64,000 bases of DNA, taken from NCBI RefSeq assembly GCF_009914755.1, contig NC_060933.1, one strand, 5' to 3'. The position numbers were made by a program, and so were the translations under genes. The notes beneath the pieces are model-generated. The model saw only the letters and a program-made list of their open reading frames with translations. It was not told the DNA's origin and ran no database searches. This stretch comes from the human T2T-CHM13v2.0 reference genome, Homo sapiens. This document shows, piece after piece, positions 1-11,933 of the stretch; position 1 is the stretch's first letter, and every line of letters begins with the position of its first letter.

Positions 1-956
1 GTCCTTTGTTAATGCTTATTCTTACAGATGATAATTAATCTTCTTGGATCTATCCTTGTTTGCAACTTGATAACAACTCTAGTGGGGTGTTAAGCACTCT
101 CAAAGTAGTATAGGCATTCTCAGTAATATGGTAATGCCAGTCACATTTCTTACTGTGAAATAAATGAACAAAGAAAATCACTGGGTGTCTGTCCAATTAT
201 TTCTACATTCTAATGCTTTGTAGGAACGCTATCTCTTCTGAATTACTCTTAGAAGCTTTTTGCAATCTGAGGAATCCGACCATTTGTTTTTGTGGTATTT
301 GTGACAAATATTACATTAGCCAAAATCTTGTTCTGTATACAAATGGCACCTTATAGCAAAAGCAAACTTTCTGGTATTAAAACATAATAATCTTATTCTG
401 GAATTTAATGAGTAATTTTATTTGGAATTGGAACAGATGGGTAAAAACAGAGCAAGCAGATTCTTCTGGCTGATTGTTACATGTAACAAGGTAAAATTTT
501 CTTCATTTCTCTGAATATTCTTTTAGTGATGAATGTCATGCCAATTGGCATAAAATTCCAGTTTTTATTTTTGAAGCTGTGGTGTTAATGTAATCATTAG
601 TTAGGCTGCTTTCAAAAACTTAAAAACAATAATATAATTCTAGACATTTCTAAATAATTATGTTAAATAATTCCTTATGCTAATCTCATCAATCTTCTTA
701 CTCAAGTGTCAAGACAGAAAGATCTGTGAGGCTGTTCTAAAACTTTTGGGAAACCTTCCAGGCTCTTAGCCTTGGAGTAATGCTCCTATGCACACTAGCT
801 CAAAATAAGCATCCCTCCAGTATACCCCTGATGTCTCATGCCTTGACTATCCTTTGTTCAGCCTCTTTGATGTAAATTATCAGTGGTTTCTAGTCAGAAT
901 ATCAGTCTTTGCCTTGTCACTGGACACTCTAGTTTTTTCTTAGAAAAATGTATTTA

Positions 957-1556
957 CAGTCATATGCCACACAATGATGTTGTGATCAGTGATGGACCGT
1001 ACATACTAAAATGGAGCTGAAACATTCCCATTGTCTAATGACAATGTGGCTGTCATAAAATCATTGCACAGTTACTATATTTTTCATAAATTTAGTGCAG
1101 GCTAGTGTCCAGTGTTTATAAAGTCTACTGTAGTGTGTAGTAATAACCTAGGCCTTCACATTCACTCACTGCTCCCTCACTGACACCCAGAACAACTTCC
1201 AGTCCTGCAAGCTCCATTCATGGGAAGTGCCCGGTATAGTTGTACCATTTTTTATCTTTAATATCCTATTTTTTTAATTTAATACCATATTTTTAGTATT
1301 CCCTTTTTATGTTTTGATATGTATAGATACACAAATATATACTATTGTGTTACAATTGCCTATAGCATCCAGTACAGTAACATGCTGCATAGGTGTGTGT
1401 GTAGCCTAGGAGCAATAGGCTGTACCATATAGCCTAGATGTGTAGTGGGCTATGCCATCTAGGTTTGTGTAAGTACACACTGTGATACGGCACAATAATT
1501 AAATCACCTAATGATGAATTTCTCAGAATGTGCCTTTGTTAAGCCATGCGCACAAC
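957..1556 (+). mobile_element. Tigger3 (MER7/Golem) non-autonomous TcMar DNA transposon, ~600 bp, Tigger3c-like
   Basis: Starts TA|CAGTCATATGCCACACAATGATG and ends ...CCTAATGATGAATTTCTCAGAATG...GTTAAGCCATGCG, matching recalled Tigger3 termini. Confidence 0.8.
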
Positions 1557-1849
1557 CATATTTAATTTTACAATTTCTTCTTTAGCCAATGTCAAAAAAA
1601 TACTCTATCTAGATCATCTTCTTGAATTTTTGCTCAGCAAAGAGATCTTTCAGTCTTTGTCCAGGATTGGTGTTGGGGCTTTAATTCAGAGGGTTTTCTA
1701 GTAGGCTAAAATGAAGTTAATAATGAACACAATATTTAAACTTTCTGTTATTTTTCTTTATTTTAGTACTAGCTTTTCAACATTATAAACAAAACTTGTG
1801 AATGTTTTATATTAGTAGATTATAAGTTCTGTTTGATGATACTACAGCC

Positions 1850-2306
1850 CAGTTGTCTTCAAAGTGTGACTTGGAACCCTATCAAGGGGTCAATGAAATT
1901 AGTGCCATTTTCATAATTATACTAAAATATTATTTTTTGTTTTTACTATCACTCTTTCACTATAGAGCAAAATTCCCCAAGAACTACATAACATATATTA
2001 CTGCAATAGATTGAATACAGAAGAGGAAATGATAATTGAATAAAATAAAGTTATATTTTAAAAAGGCCACTCTGTTTACCATTTTTAGTGTGAAAATATA
2101 TTTTATAAAATTGTTTATTTTGTTAAAATGAATAAGTTTATCTGTGTCATACAAAGTTAACAATTAAATATATATGTATTTAATTTTCCAGTTTTAATAT
2201 TGACTATAATAAATAACAAATATATCACATACAAGCCAAAGATCTTGGGCTCTCAATAATTTTTAAGACTCTAAAACTGTTCTTAGAAGAAAATTTGAGC
2301 ACTACT
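1850..2306 (+). mobile_element. hAT-Charlie DNA transposon remnant (Charlie1-like)
   Basis: 5' TCTTCAAAGTGTG...AGGGGTC...ATTTTCATAATTATACTAA and 3' CTCAATAATTTTTAAGA...AAAATTTGAGCACTACT resemble Charlie1 ends. Confidence 0.6.
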
Positions 2307-5300
2307 ACTCTTGTATACAATTTAAATTGCATCACTAATTGATAAATACTTCTAATAAGTAACAGTTTTTCCTTGCAACTGAAATGAGAAGCAGAGTGAC
2401 TAAGTTCCAAAAACTGATTAGTGTTCAGGTTGTCAATGTAACCCAGCAATATAAATTCTGATTGAGCTTTTCTCCAGCAAATTACAATGGGTTAGTAACA
2501 GGGTATAAATTATAGCTTAATAAAGAAACAGTGGTATGTAAACTTAGGCTAATTATGTAAACATGGAAAATTCATTTGCAAATTAGTGATAAAGATGAAT
2601 TAGAATTAATAAATACTCTTCAGTATCATCTAAATTAACACATGAAGTTATACTTCATGACTGTTTCTTTAAGAAATAACTAGCCCTAGAATTCTTAAAT
2701 CTAGGACTATGCATGGGCACATAGGAAAATCCATTCTACTTTGCACTAAAGACAGTGCATACTTTCTTATGGAGCCTCTTCATTCAGGTAACTCATACTT
2801 CTTTTCAAATTAGGTGTATTTGGAGCACAGCAGAATGACTACTTACAACTCAATATAGGCAAATTTCACTTATCTAATTTGTCAGCACCTTCACAAAGTA
2901 GTCAATAAATCAGCCCCTTTTGAATCTGTTAGTCTGATATTTCCTGACAGTCTCATTCTGAAGCTTAGTTCCTGGACATTTAGAAACCTAGGCCAGCGTA
3001 ACATGCCAGCCCTAAATATTGTCATTATCATGCTAGGAAAAGCATCTTGCAAAGAGAAAATCAAATTTCTGGATGTGGGAAAATGAAGCTATTCACAAAG
3101 AAAATACATGTGTCTTGGAGAAAGGGAGGGGATTATTTTTATATAGAATTAAAGCACTCATAAGTAGAAACAAAAAGCTCTCATCTTTTAATTTTCCACA
3201 GCAGGATCTGTCTGTCATTTCACGTAGGTTGCTTCTCATACAAATAATACGGTAGACATGCTGTGAAAGGTTTGCATGGGTCATCTATTTTTGTAAAAAT
3301 CCTCAGTTTCTCAGTAAGAAAAAAATATGATTGTGAAATTTTTTTAAGTTAAAATGCATATGTATTACATGGCTACCATTAAATATGATTAATGTAGAAG
3401 GGAATATGAATGCAGTAATAGGAATTGGTTAAAAAGGCCAACTATTTTTGTGGTATTGCTGAAAACTAAACCTTAAACGATTTTTTAAAATACAGTTCAG
3501 GAAGGACTTCACTGAGCCCAGAGCTTGGTGTTTTAGATTGAATGTATATTTTGGAATTGGAATGTTTGAATTGAAAATCTCAGGTCAGCAATGTTTACAA
3601 GTGGGGCAACTATCACAAATTACTTACTATGGATATTTTCCATCCTCCTTCCTTCCTTCTTTCCTTCCTACTCCTTACCCTCTTCTCTTTCTTTTATTGG
3701 TACAATGGGATTACAACATTGAATCACTTGGGTATTGAATATGTTCATTATTCATAAATGCCAGCATCATTTTCTTTTTTTGTCTTCCTACCTGTCTTCC
3801 TTCTGGCCTTCCTCCATTCATTTTTTCCTCTAATTATGTAAGGTCGCGCTATTTTAGTCTTCTTACCCTCATTTTCTTGATTTGCTAAAATCAAAATACT
3901 AACACTTACCTTAAAGAAATGCTGTGATTATCATACTGGCTAAATACATTTGTGCTTCCTATCTTCCTGTCAACAGTCTTATGTGCCTGGGAAAAGTGTC
4001 AATGCTGACAGAGTTGGGTGCAATGAATAAGATTACAGTCTTCTAAGCCACCTTTGTTCACTAGGGGCTTATTGAGCTGATCCTTTCCCCTCTTAATAGC
4101 CTATTTGCTTGATTTACTTAGCCCTTTCCAACTCAATTCCAAAACACTTAACCTTTGAAAAAGATGAGGCCAAAATAAAATCTGGAATAAGAATTTCTAT
4201 TTTTTGCCCAGCTAAACATCTGTTTCCCATTAGTTACTGAAGTCTATGATTTTAAAGCAGTTGCTTGATATCATTCTCTAAATTATCACAAATTTCAACT
4301 TATCATGGTTTGCATTAATATTCTGCTACAGATATTATACTTATGTCCAAGGCAAAAATCATCATAAAGATGCAATAAATGTATTTTGCAAAATGGGATT
4401 ATTATGGATAAGAAGTCCTTTGATTAGTACTTTGTTTTTGAAAAATATCTAGATTAAGTTGTTTCTTCACATTATTTGATTTTTGTGTGTGTGAAGAATT
4501 TTCAAAATTAATCTCTGATTTTATGAGTATACAGGTGGCAATCAAATGGGAACAGCAATTTCCACCCTTATGTCCTGGATGCTGCTCTGCTTGCTGGTGT
4601 TAGGATCATTACCAACCTCTCGAAGTGCCATCATTATATCTCTTTCTACTGACTATGCCAGCAGCAATCTGTGCAAGCAGTAAAGCTCAGAATACTCACC
4701 CTCATTTTCAGGCTCCATGGAAACCTGAAGAGAGTGGGATCCCTTTACTGAGCACAGGTGCCCTCTTTGGCCCCTTCTATTTAATTGAATGTTATCTACC
4801 TACTTGTATATAATAGGGGATGAAATTAGAAATGTAACAACACCTGGAAATGTTTTATTGAGTATATATTTATTTGTAAATTCTTTATCAACATCTGTAA
4901 AAGAGCTCATTTAAACGATTTTTTGTTTTAAATCTAATATGGGTTAAAATGACAAAATGATAATGTCGTGTATTTCCATTTTAATTATTTTTTGCCACAG
5001 TGATTCAAGGTATCCCTCATGCTGTATGAATTCAATTCTAACAAATATTCTAATTTCATCCCTAATATCTTTTGTCAGGAACTAAATCTAATAGTCACTC
5101 CTTACTTTTATGAGGCATAATCTTTATTCTTTATACTGTTTTAAATCTCAGATAATAAATATGATTAAATATATAAAAGCCCTATGCTTTCTCTATTTAT
5201 CCATAATTCTCCTCCTTACTTCTAAAGGTTGTGTTTCTGTAGAGTTTCTATCTAATACAATTATGATAATGGTTCTATCGTTTAAAGGAAGAAAGAAACA

Positions 5301-5419
5301 TCAAATAAAAAAGAAATCAAAGACATAACATTTAAAATGGAAGATGTTAATCTGTCCTCACTAACATAAAATATGTATTCATATTCACACACACACAAAC
5401 ACACACACAGACACACACA

Positions 5420-6690
5420 CACAACTACTGGAACAAATATATGAGAGTACCAAAGTTGCAGGACACAAGGCTAACACATTAAAATAAGTTATCATTTAAA
5501 TACTAGCAATTAACAATTTGAAAACCCCAAATCACATAAAAAATAATGAAACATTTAGAAACAAACTTAACAAAAGGAGTGCAAGACTTGGCACTGAAAA
5601 CTACAAAATATTGCTGAGAAAAATTAAAGATGATTTAAATTAATGGAGGGACATTCTATATTCACAGATGGGAAAATTCAATATTGTTAACAGTTCTTCC
5701 TAATTGATTACTATATTCAGCACATTATTTATTAAAAACCAAAGCAGGTTTTGCTTGTTGTTCTGGTTGTTATTTAGATTGGCACACTGAATTAAAAATG
5801 TATGTGAATTAATTAAAATAGCAATGAGACACCAATAACACCTATTAGAATGGCCAAAACCTAAAACACTGAAAACATCAAATGCTGATGAGAATTTTGA
5901 GCAACAGACATTCTCATTCATTTTTGGTAGAAACGCAAAATCATATAGCCACTTTGGAAGACAGTTTGGCATTTTCTTCCAAAAGTAAACATATTCTACC
6001 ATACAAGCTGGCAATTTCACACCTTGGCATTTACCCAAATGAGTTAAAAATTTATGTTCACAAAAATCCTGAACATGGATATTTATAACACTTTATTCCT
6101 AATTGCCAAAACTTGGGAGCAACCAAGTTCTTTCAGCAGGAGAATGGCTAAATGAGCTGGTACACATCCAGGCAATAGAATATTATTCAGTGCTAAAATG
6201 AAATGAGCTACCAAGCCATGAAAAGACATAGAGGAAACTTAAATGCATATTAATAAGTGAAAGAAGTTGATCTGAAAATATGCATATGGTATGATTCCAA
6301 CTATATGACATTCTAGAAAAGAGAAAATGATTAAGAGAGCAAAAAGATCCAGAGGTTAGGAGGAGAGAGGGATAAGTAAGCAGAGCAAAGAGAATTTTTA
6401 GGCTATCAAGAATATTCTATATGATACTATGTTGGTAGATACATATAAATTTACCCCAAACTTCTAGAATATACAACACCCAAGAATTAACCCTAACCTA
6501 GAGATATTAGATGATAATGATGTTATCAATACAGTTTCATCAATTGTAAACACTGTACCACTCTGGTGGGAAATATTGATAATGGGGAAGGGCTATGTAT
6601 GTTGGGGGGCAGTGGCTATATGGGAAATCACTTTACCTTCATTGCTCAAGTTTGCTGTGAACCTAAAACTGGTCTAAAGGTAAAGTCTAT
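5420..6690 (+). mobile_element. Old L1M (L1MC/L1MD-like) ORF2 3' part and 3' UTR
   Basis: Degenerate ORF2 motifs (AAAGTTGCAGGACACAAG; GAAAACTACAAAATATTGCTG; SHLGIYPNELK) and terminal TTTGCTGTGAACCTAAAACTG...AAAGTCTAT. Confidence 0.8.
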
Positions 6691-6698
6691 TTTTTTTT

Positions 6699-7702
6699 GA
6701 GGTCTCTATTCTGTTCCATTGGTCTAATTAGAGCAAACAGGCAACCTAGAGAATGGGAGAAAATTTTTGCAATCTACCCTTCTGACAAAGGTCTAATATC
6801 CAGAATTTACAAGAAATTTAAGCAAATTTACAAGAAAAAACAAATAACCCCATCAAAAAGTGGGCAAAGGACATGAACAGACATTTCTCAAAAGAAGACA
6901 TTTACGTGGCCAACAAACATATGAAAAAAAGCTCAACATCACTGATCATTAGAAAAATTAAAATCAAAATCACAGTAAGATACCATCTCACACCAGCCAG
7001 AATGGCAATTATTAAAATGTCAAGAAACAACAGATACTGACGAGGATATGGAGAAATAGAATGCCTTATACACTGTTGGTGGGAATATAAATTAGTTTAA
7101 CCATTCTGGAAGACAGTGTGGCAATTCCTCAAGGATCTAGCACCAGAAACACCATTCAACCCAGCAATACCATTTGACCCAGCAATCCCATTACTGGGTA
7201 TATACCCAAAGGAATATAAATCATTCTATTATAAAGATATATGCACATGTATCTTTATTGCAGCACTATTCACAATAGCAAAGATATGGAACCAACCCAA
7301 ATGCCCATCAATGATAGACTAGATGAAGAAAATGTGGTACACATACACGATGGAATACTATGCAGCTATAAAAAGGAATGAGATCATGTCCTTTGCAGGG
7401 ACGTAGATGAGCCTGGAAGCTATCATCCTCAGCAAACTAACACAGGAACAGAAAACCAAGCACCGCATGTTCTCACTCATAAGTGGGAGGTGAACAATGA
7501 GAACACATGGACACAGGGAGAAGAAAAACACACATTGGGACCTGTCTAGGGGAGTTAGGGGAGGAAGAGCATCAGGACAAATAGCTAATGCACGTAGGGC
7601 TGAATACCTAGGTGATGGCTTGATAGGTGCAGCCAACCACTATGGCACATGTTTACCTATGTAACAAACCTACACATTCTGCACATGTATCCAAGAACTC
7701 AA
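6699..7702 (+). mobile_element. 5'-truncated L1PA (about L1PA10) 3' end with a 28-bp inverted ORF2 piece at its 5' end
   Basis: 6730-7702 is ORF2 C-terminus (WQFLKDL...PLLGIYPKEYK) plus 3' UTR; 6699-6726 is antisense ORF2 (TAGACCAATGGAACAGAATAGAG). Confidence 0.9.
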
Positions 7703-8174
7703 ATTTTTTTTTAAAAGGGAGAAATGAGGTATATACCTAAGAACACAGATGTATATGTGAATTTTCATAGCAGCATTTTTTTCATTATACCCACAAATTG
7801 AATACACTCTCTCAACTCGAGATGAGAATAAAAACAATGTTTTGTATGTATGTATACAATGGAATACTATTGGGCATTAAAAACAAATGAAATACTGGTA
7901 CATGGTTACTTCATGGATGAATGCCAAAATATTGTGTAAGTGGAGGATCCTACATGGAATTTACATAGTATGCCCAATAATGGGAAATAACTTGGGGCAC
8001 AAATCAGACACTCATGTTGTTGCAAAGAATCTAGTTTCATTCTCTTTTTGTGTTTGTGTGGTATTCCATGATGTATTTGTACATTTTCTTTATCCAATCC
8101 ACCACTGATGGGCACCTAGATTGATTCCATGATTTGATTTATTTTTTAAAATATATCTTTAGTGTTTGTTCATC

Positions 8175-8812
8175 TTATTTTTTTCCATTTTATTTTCAAT
8201 TCAGGGAGTACATATACAGTTTTATTACTTGTATAACAATCTAGGGTACAAATGATCCCGCCACCCAGGTACTGAGCATAGTACCCAACAGTTCGATTTT
8301 CAGATTTTGCCCCACTCCTTCCCTTCCCCGTCTCCAGTTTTTGTTGTTGCCGTCTTTACGTTCTTAGTACTCAATGTCTCCAGTTTTTGTCGTTGCCATC
8401 TTTATGTTCCTCAGTACTCAATGTTTAGCTCCCACTTATAATTGAGAACATGCAGTATTTGATTTTCTGTTTCTGCATTACTTTGCTTAGAATAATGGCT
8501 TCCAGTTGCATCCATGTTGTTGCAAAGGACATAATTTCATCTTTTTTGTGGTTGTGTGGTATTCCATGGTGTATATGTACATTTTCTTTATCTATTCCAC
8601 CATCGATGGGCACCTAGGTTGATTCCATGTCTTTGCTCTTGTGAATGGTGCTGCGATATGAGTGCATGTATCTTTTTGGTAGAACAATTTGTTCTCTTTT
8701 TGATATATAACCAGTAATGGGATTGCTAGGTTGAATAGTAGTTATGTTTTAAGTTCTTTGAGAAATATCTGAACTGCTTTCCATGGTGGCTGAAGTAGTT
8801 TACATTCCCACC
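8175..8812 (-). mobile_element. L1PA15/16-like 3' end
   Basis: T-rich tail at 8175-8198; antisense 3' UTR; ORF2 tail DEIMSFATTWMQLEAIILSK (ORF 8425..8613). Confidence 0.85.
8331..8423. repeat. Tandem duplication, 2 x ~46 bp
   Basis: TCTCCAGTTTTTGTTGTTGCCGTCTTTACGTTCTTAGTACTCAATG followed by TCTCCAGTTTTTGTCGTTGCCATCTTTATGTTCCTCAGTACTCAATG. Confidence 0.9.
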
Positions 8813-10117
8813 ATGGAACTGAGAGTGGGAAAGTATTGTTTGCAAGTGGGTACAATGGAACATTTTGGGGATGAGCGAAGTGTTCTAAAACTTGCTGTGC
8901 TGATGGTTGCAGAGTTCAATATATTTACTAAAAATTATTAAGTCACACATATTAGGTGAAATTAATGGCTTATAAATTATATATCACTAAACTTGCCTAA
9001 AATGAATTAAAGACACGAGTAAGACAAAAATTTAAAAAACCCTTATAAAACAAACAGTACCATAAACATACATTTAAAAAATAGCAACCTGGGAAAACAC
9101 TTAAAATATATATGGCATATGATAAACAAATGATATCATTAATGTATAAAATCAACAAAACATCAGAGATATCCAAGATATAAAATAGATACGGTGATTG
9201 CATAAAAATAGAATTAGCTTTGAACTCTCAGAACGGCAGCACACTTTCCAACATTGCTCTCTTTTTCACCTTTCCATCCTCTCAGTTTCTCTGCTAGGAA
9301 ACCAAAATGGTATGAAGTTGGTCAATTATGTTTATCAAATCCTCTTAAGTGGTAGACCTTATTTTAGAGACTTGGGATAGAATAATGAACAAAATATAAA
9401 GAGACCATTCTTAAAAAAATTACTCAGTTATCCTTTATTGTCAATACAGATGATAGATACGTGAATTAAGATTACTTTACATCTTAATTAATGTTGTGTA
9501 AGTCAAATAGTATGGTGTTATAGGAAATCCCTGGGTGTATTGCTTTTACCAAGGTGATTGCAAAAGATCTCCATGAGAAGGTAATATTAAAATTTGGGGA
9601 CAGCCTTAAAATTGGAGGGATAGGGTGGAAAATGAAGGAAATGGGGCTGCAAAAACTCTTAGTAGGGGTTGAATTTCGTTTATGTCAAGCATTTCTGAGG
9701 TTAGTGAATGCAGGGCAGGATGAAAGGGAATAAACTGGAGACAGCTTATGTGGAACATCACATGGCTTATGAGGCTATTAAGACATTTTAGTAATGAGAC
9801 TGTTAAGACAGATTTTATTCTGTTTACTTTTAGAAAGTCAAAGAAAAATTATCAAAACTTTGAAAAATCTCTTGGTTACAAAATGGCTTTCTTTCCTTTC
9901 CTTTCTTATTAATTGAGATATTATTAGCTAAGCTAACATCAGGAAAAAAATATTAGGCTCTGCTGGTAATCAGTGGCATTGATTGGGAAAGGATTCAGGA
10001 TTTTAGATGTTGACTTTGGTTTATAAGCTGTAAGTGTGTATGTGTGTACGTGTTTTTGTGTGTGCATATATAAGTGCACATGTGTGTGTTTATATACTTA
10101 TATTTATAAAATATATA

Positions 10118-10714
10118 CAGCAGGTCCTCAACCTCATATTGTTCAACGTTATTAAGATAGAATGTTTATGATAAAAAATATCGTCTTCAGCTGTGGCCAC
10201 TGTCTTCGTGAAGTTTGAACCTTCTCCTTATCTTTGCATGGGCATTACCCAAGTACTTATATTTCCTTCCACATCCCAAAGATATGCACATTCAGTTAAT
10301 TGGACGAGTGTCTAAATTGTCCCCACATGTAAGAATGTGGAAGTGTGTGAGAGTATACTCTGCAATGGGATAGTGTCCTGTCCAGGATTGGTTTCTCTTG
10401 TGTCTCGAATTGCCTGGTTAGGCTCTGGCCACCCACAATTCTGAACTGAAATAATTGGGTAAATAATCATCCTACTTGCTTTTATTTATCTTTCTTAAAT
10501 ATATGTATAGCTCCCATTTATTTCAGTGTTAAATATTAGAAGGCTTTCACCTTTATTTAGAAGTTTCATGATGTTTTTTGACTAGAAATATGCCGGAGTA
10601 ACTTGACTCTTCTTTATATCAATCAGCCTGTAGTAAATTCGTTTCATTATACAACACTTCACTTAAAGTCACAGTTTCCAAGACCCATTGATGACACTAA
10701 GTGAGTACTTACTG
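10118..10714 (+). mobile_element. MER6A (TcMar-Tigger group) DNA transposon
   Basis: TA|CAGCAGGTCCTC ... GAGTACTTACTG|TA termini with TA target duplication; internal CCACATCCCAAAGATATGCAC. Confidence 0.85.
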
Positions 10715-10813
10715 TATATTTATTAGGTATATATGCAAGATTATATAATGTCATAAATACATAAGATACAAATATACACAAGATACATACATATACATAA
10801 TACATGCATATGC

Positions 10814-11200
10814 TGTGGTGGTCACTGAGTGTCTGAGGCCGGCACATAGGTGATAAAAGAATTTACTAAGACAGTAATGAGTTTAGAAAGGCAGATTTGT
10901 TTCGAGAAAAGGGGAAAATATGTTGCAAGAGAGCAGTAGGCAAGACAGCAGAGGGAAAGCTGCCTGCAAAGAGGCAGGGGCTGGAGGAAAATTTTTTAAG
11001 GTCGTGCTGCTTAAGCTGAGTACTTGCAGACAGCATGCAGGTGGGCTGTGAGCTAGGTGCTTGTAAAAGGATGCTTAGATGCTAGTGAGCCATTTGAGGT
11101 TGACCCTGTTTCTTAGAACATTTGCTCCCCTCTACCCTGTTTCTGTTCCTGCCAGCAAAACCCATTTTTCAATTTTCTTTTAACTCCTTAGGGCTACACA
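10814..11200 (-). repeat. 3' LTR of the provirus
   Basis: Aligns to 17142-17510 (TGTCTGAGGCCGGCACAT / TGTCTGAGACCGGCACAT; ATGAGTTTAGAAAG); preceded on minus strand by purine tract AGGAGGGAAA (11201-11210) then TG. Confidence 0.9.
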
Positions 11201-11454
11201 TTTCCCTCCTGACAGAACAACAGTGACAAATCTGTGCTATTTGGGTAGAGGTCTCATCTTCCAACTACTTTCTGCTACTCTGGGCATAGAACTGACCATT
11301 CCTAAGGTTGTTGGCTTGTCAGGGGATGCTCTGAGTCATTGTCTTGGGTTATGGTACTTAAATTGTTGGGCATAGCTGGAGGATGGGACTCAGGGAGAAG
11401 AGGATGTCCATAAGGAACTGACGTCCAGCGAAGTCTAAAGGAGAATCGTGGAGG

Positions 11455-11557
11455 TGTCTGGGTATCATTGGCTGATACTCTTGCATCCTTAGAAGCTTGG
11501 TGTGCAACTGCTGCATTCTGGAAGAAACAAATTTAACCAGGGTAAGTTAGAGACAGG
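11455..11557 (-). pseudogene. env: env TM cytoplasmic-tail remnant
   Basis: Minus translation LTLVKFVSSRMQQLHTKLLRMQEYQPM resembles the gamma-type TM tail motif LVKFVSSR. Confidence 0.75.
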
Positions 11558-11559
11558 GA

Positions 11560-11917
11560 GTTGGGGTATGAAATAAAACTGCCTGAAGGGGGAGCCTGGC
11601 TGCCACTTTTACTTATTTGTCAGCCCTGTTGTTCTTAATGAAGATTTCATCATTGTTCTTCTGATAGGCTTTGCAGTGAAAGATACTGCCTGTGTAGGAA
11701 GTATAATTGCCTCCAATAGGGCCATAAATTCAGGAGCATGTTTAATTAGAGTATCTTGGGCTGTTAAAAATCCTCTTTTCCAGCAAATAGCATCATGAGC
11801 ATGTACTACATGAAAGCATGGGCTGAGTCTGTAAATTTTAAGCCTCATGCCTGCTCCCAATTGTAAGGCTAGAGTTAGAGCAATGAGTACTGAATTCTGG
11901 GCTGAGGTGGTGCCTGA
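11560..11917 (-). pseudogene. pol: pol RNase H remnant
   Basis: GTTSAQ..LIALTLALQLG...IY..., HVVHAHDAICWKRGFLTAQDTLIKH...LLEAIILPTQ (ORF 11609..11860). Confidence 0.85.
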
Positions 11918-11933
11918 TTTTTCTATTAGGGGC

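Larger units (their letters stand above)
7725..8996 (+). mobile_element. Old L1ME/MB 3' region split by a younger L1 (pieces about 7725-7950 and 8813-8996)
   Basis: ATACAATGGAATACTAT...ATGGATGAAT..AAAATATTGTGTAAGTG, then ACATTTTGGGGATGA...GTTCTAAAACTTG...TAAATTATATATCACTAAA. Confidence 0.6.

Noticed and set aside
4540-4810. Slightly GC-richer patch with a 62-aa ORF
   Set aside because: Probably a decayed LTR remnant; I cannot assign a family or support coding
7145-7190. Repeated CCATT..ACCCAGCAAT in L1
   Set aside because: Ordinary 18-bp tandem slippage; no further structure
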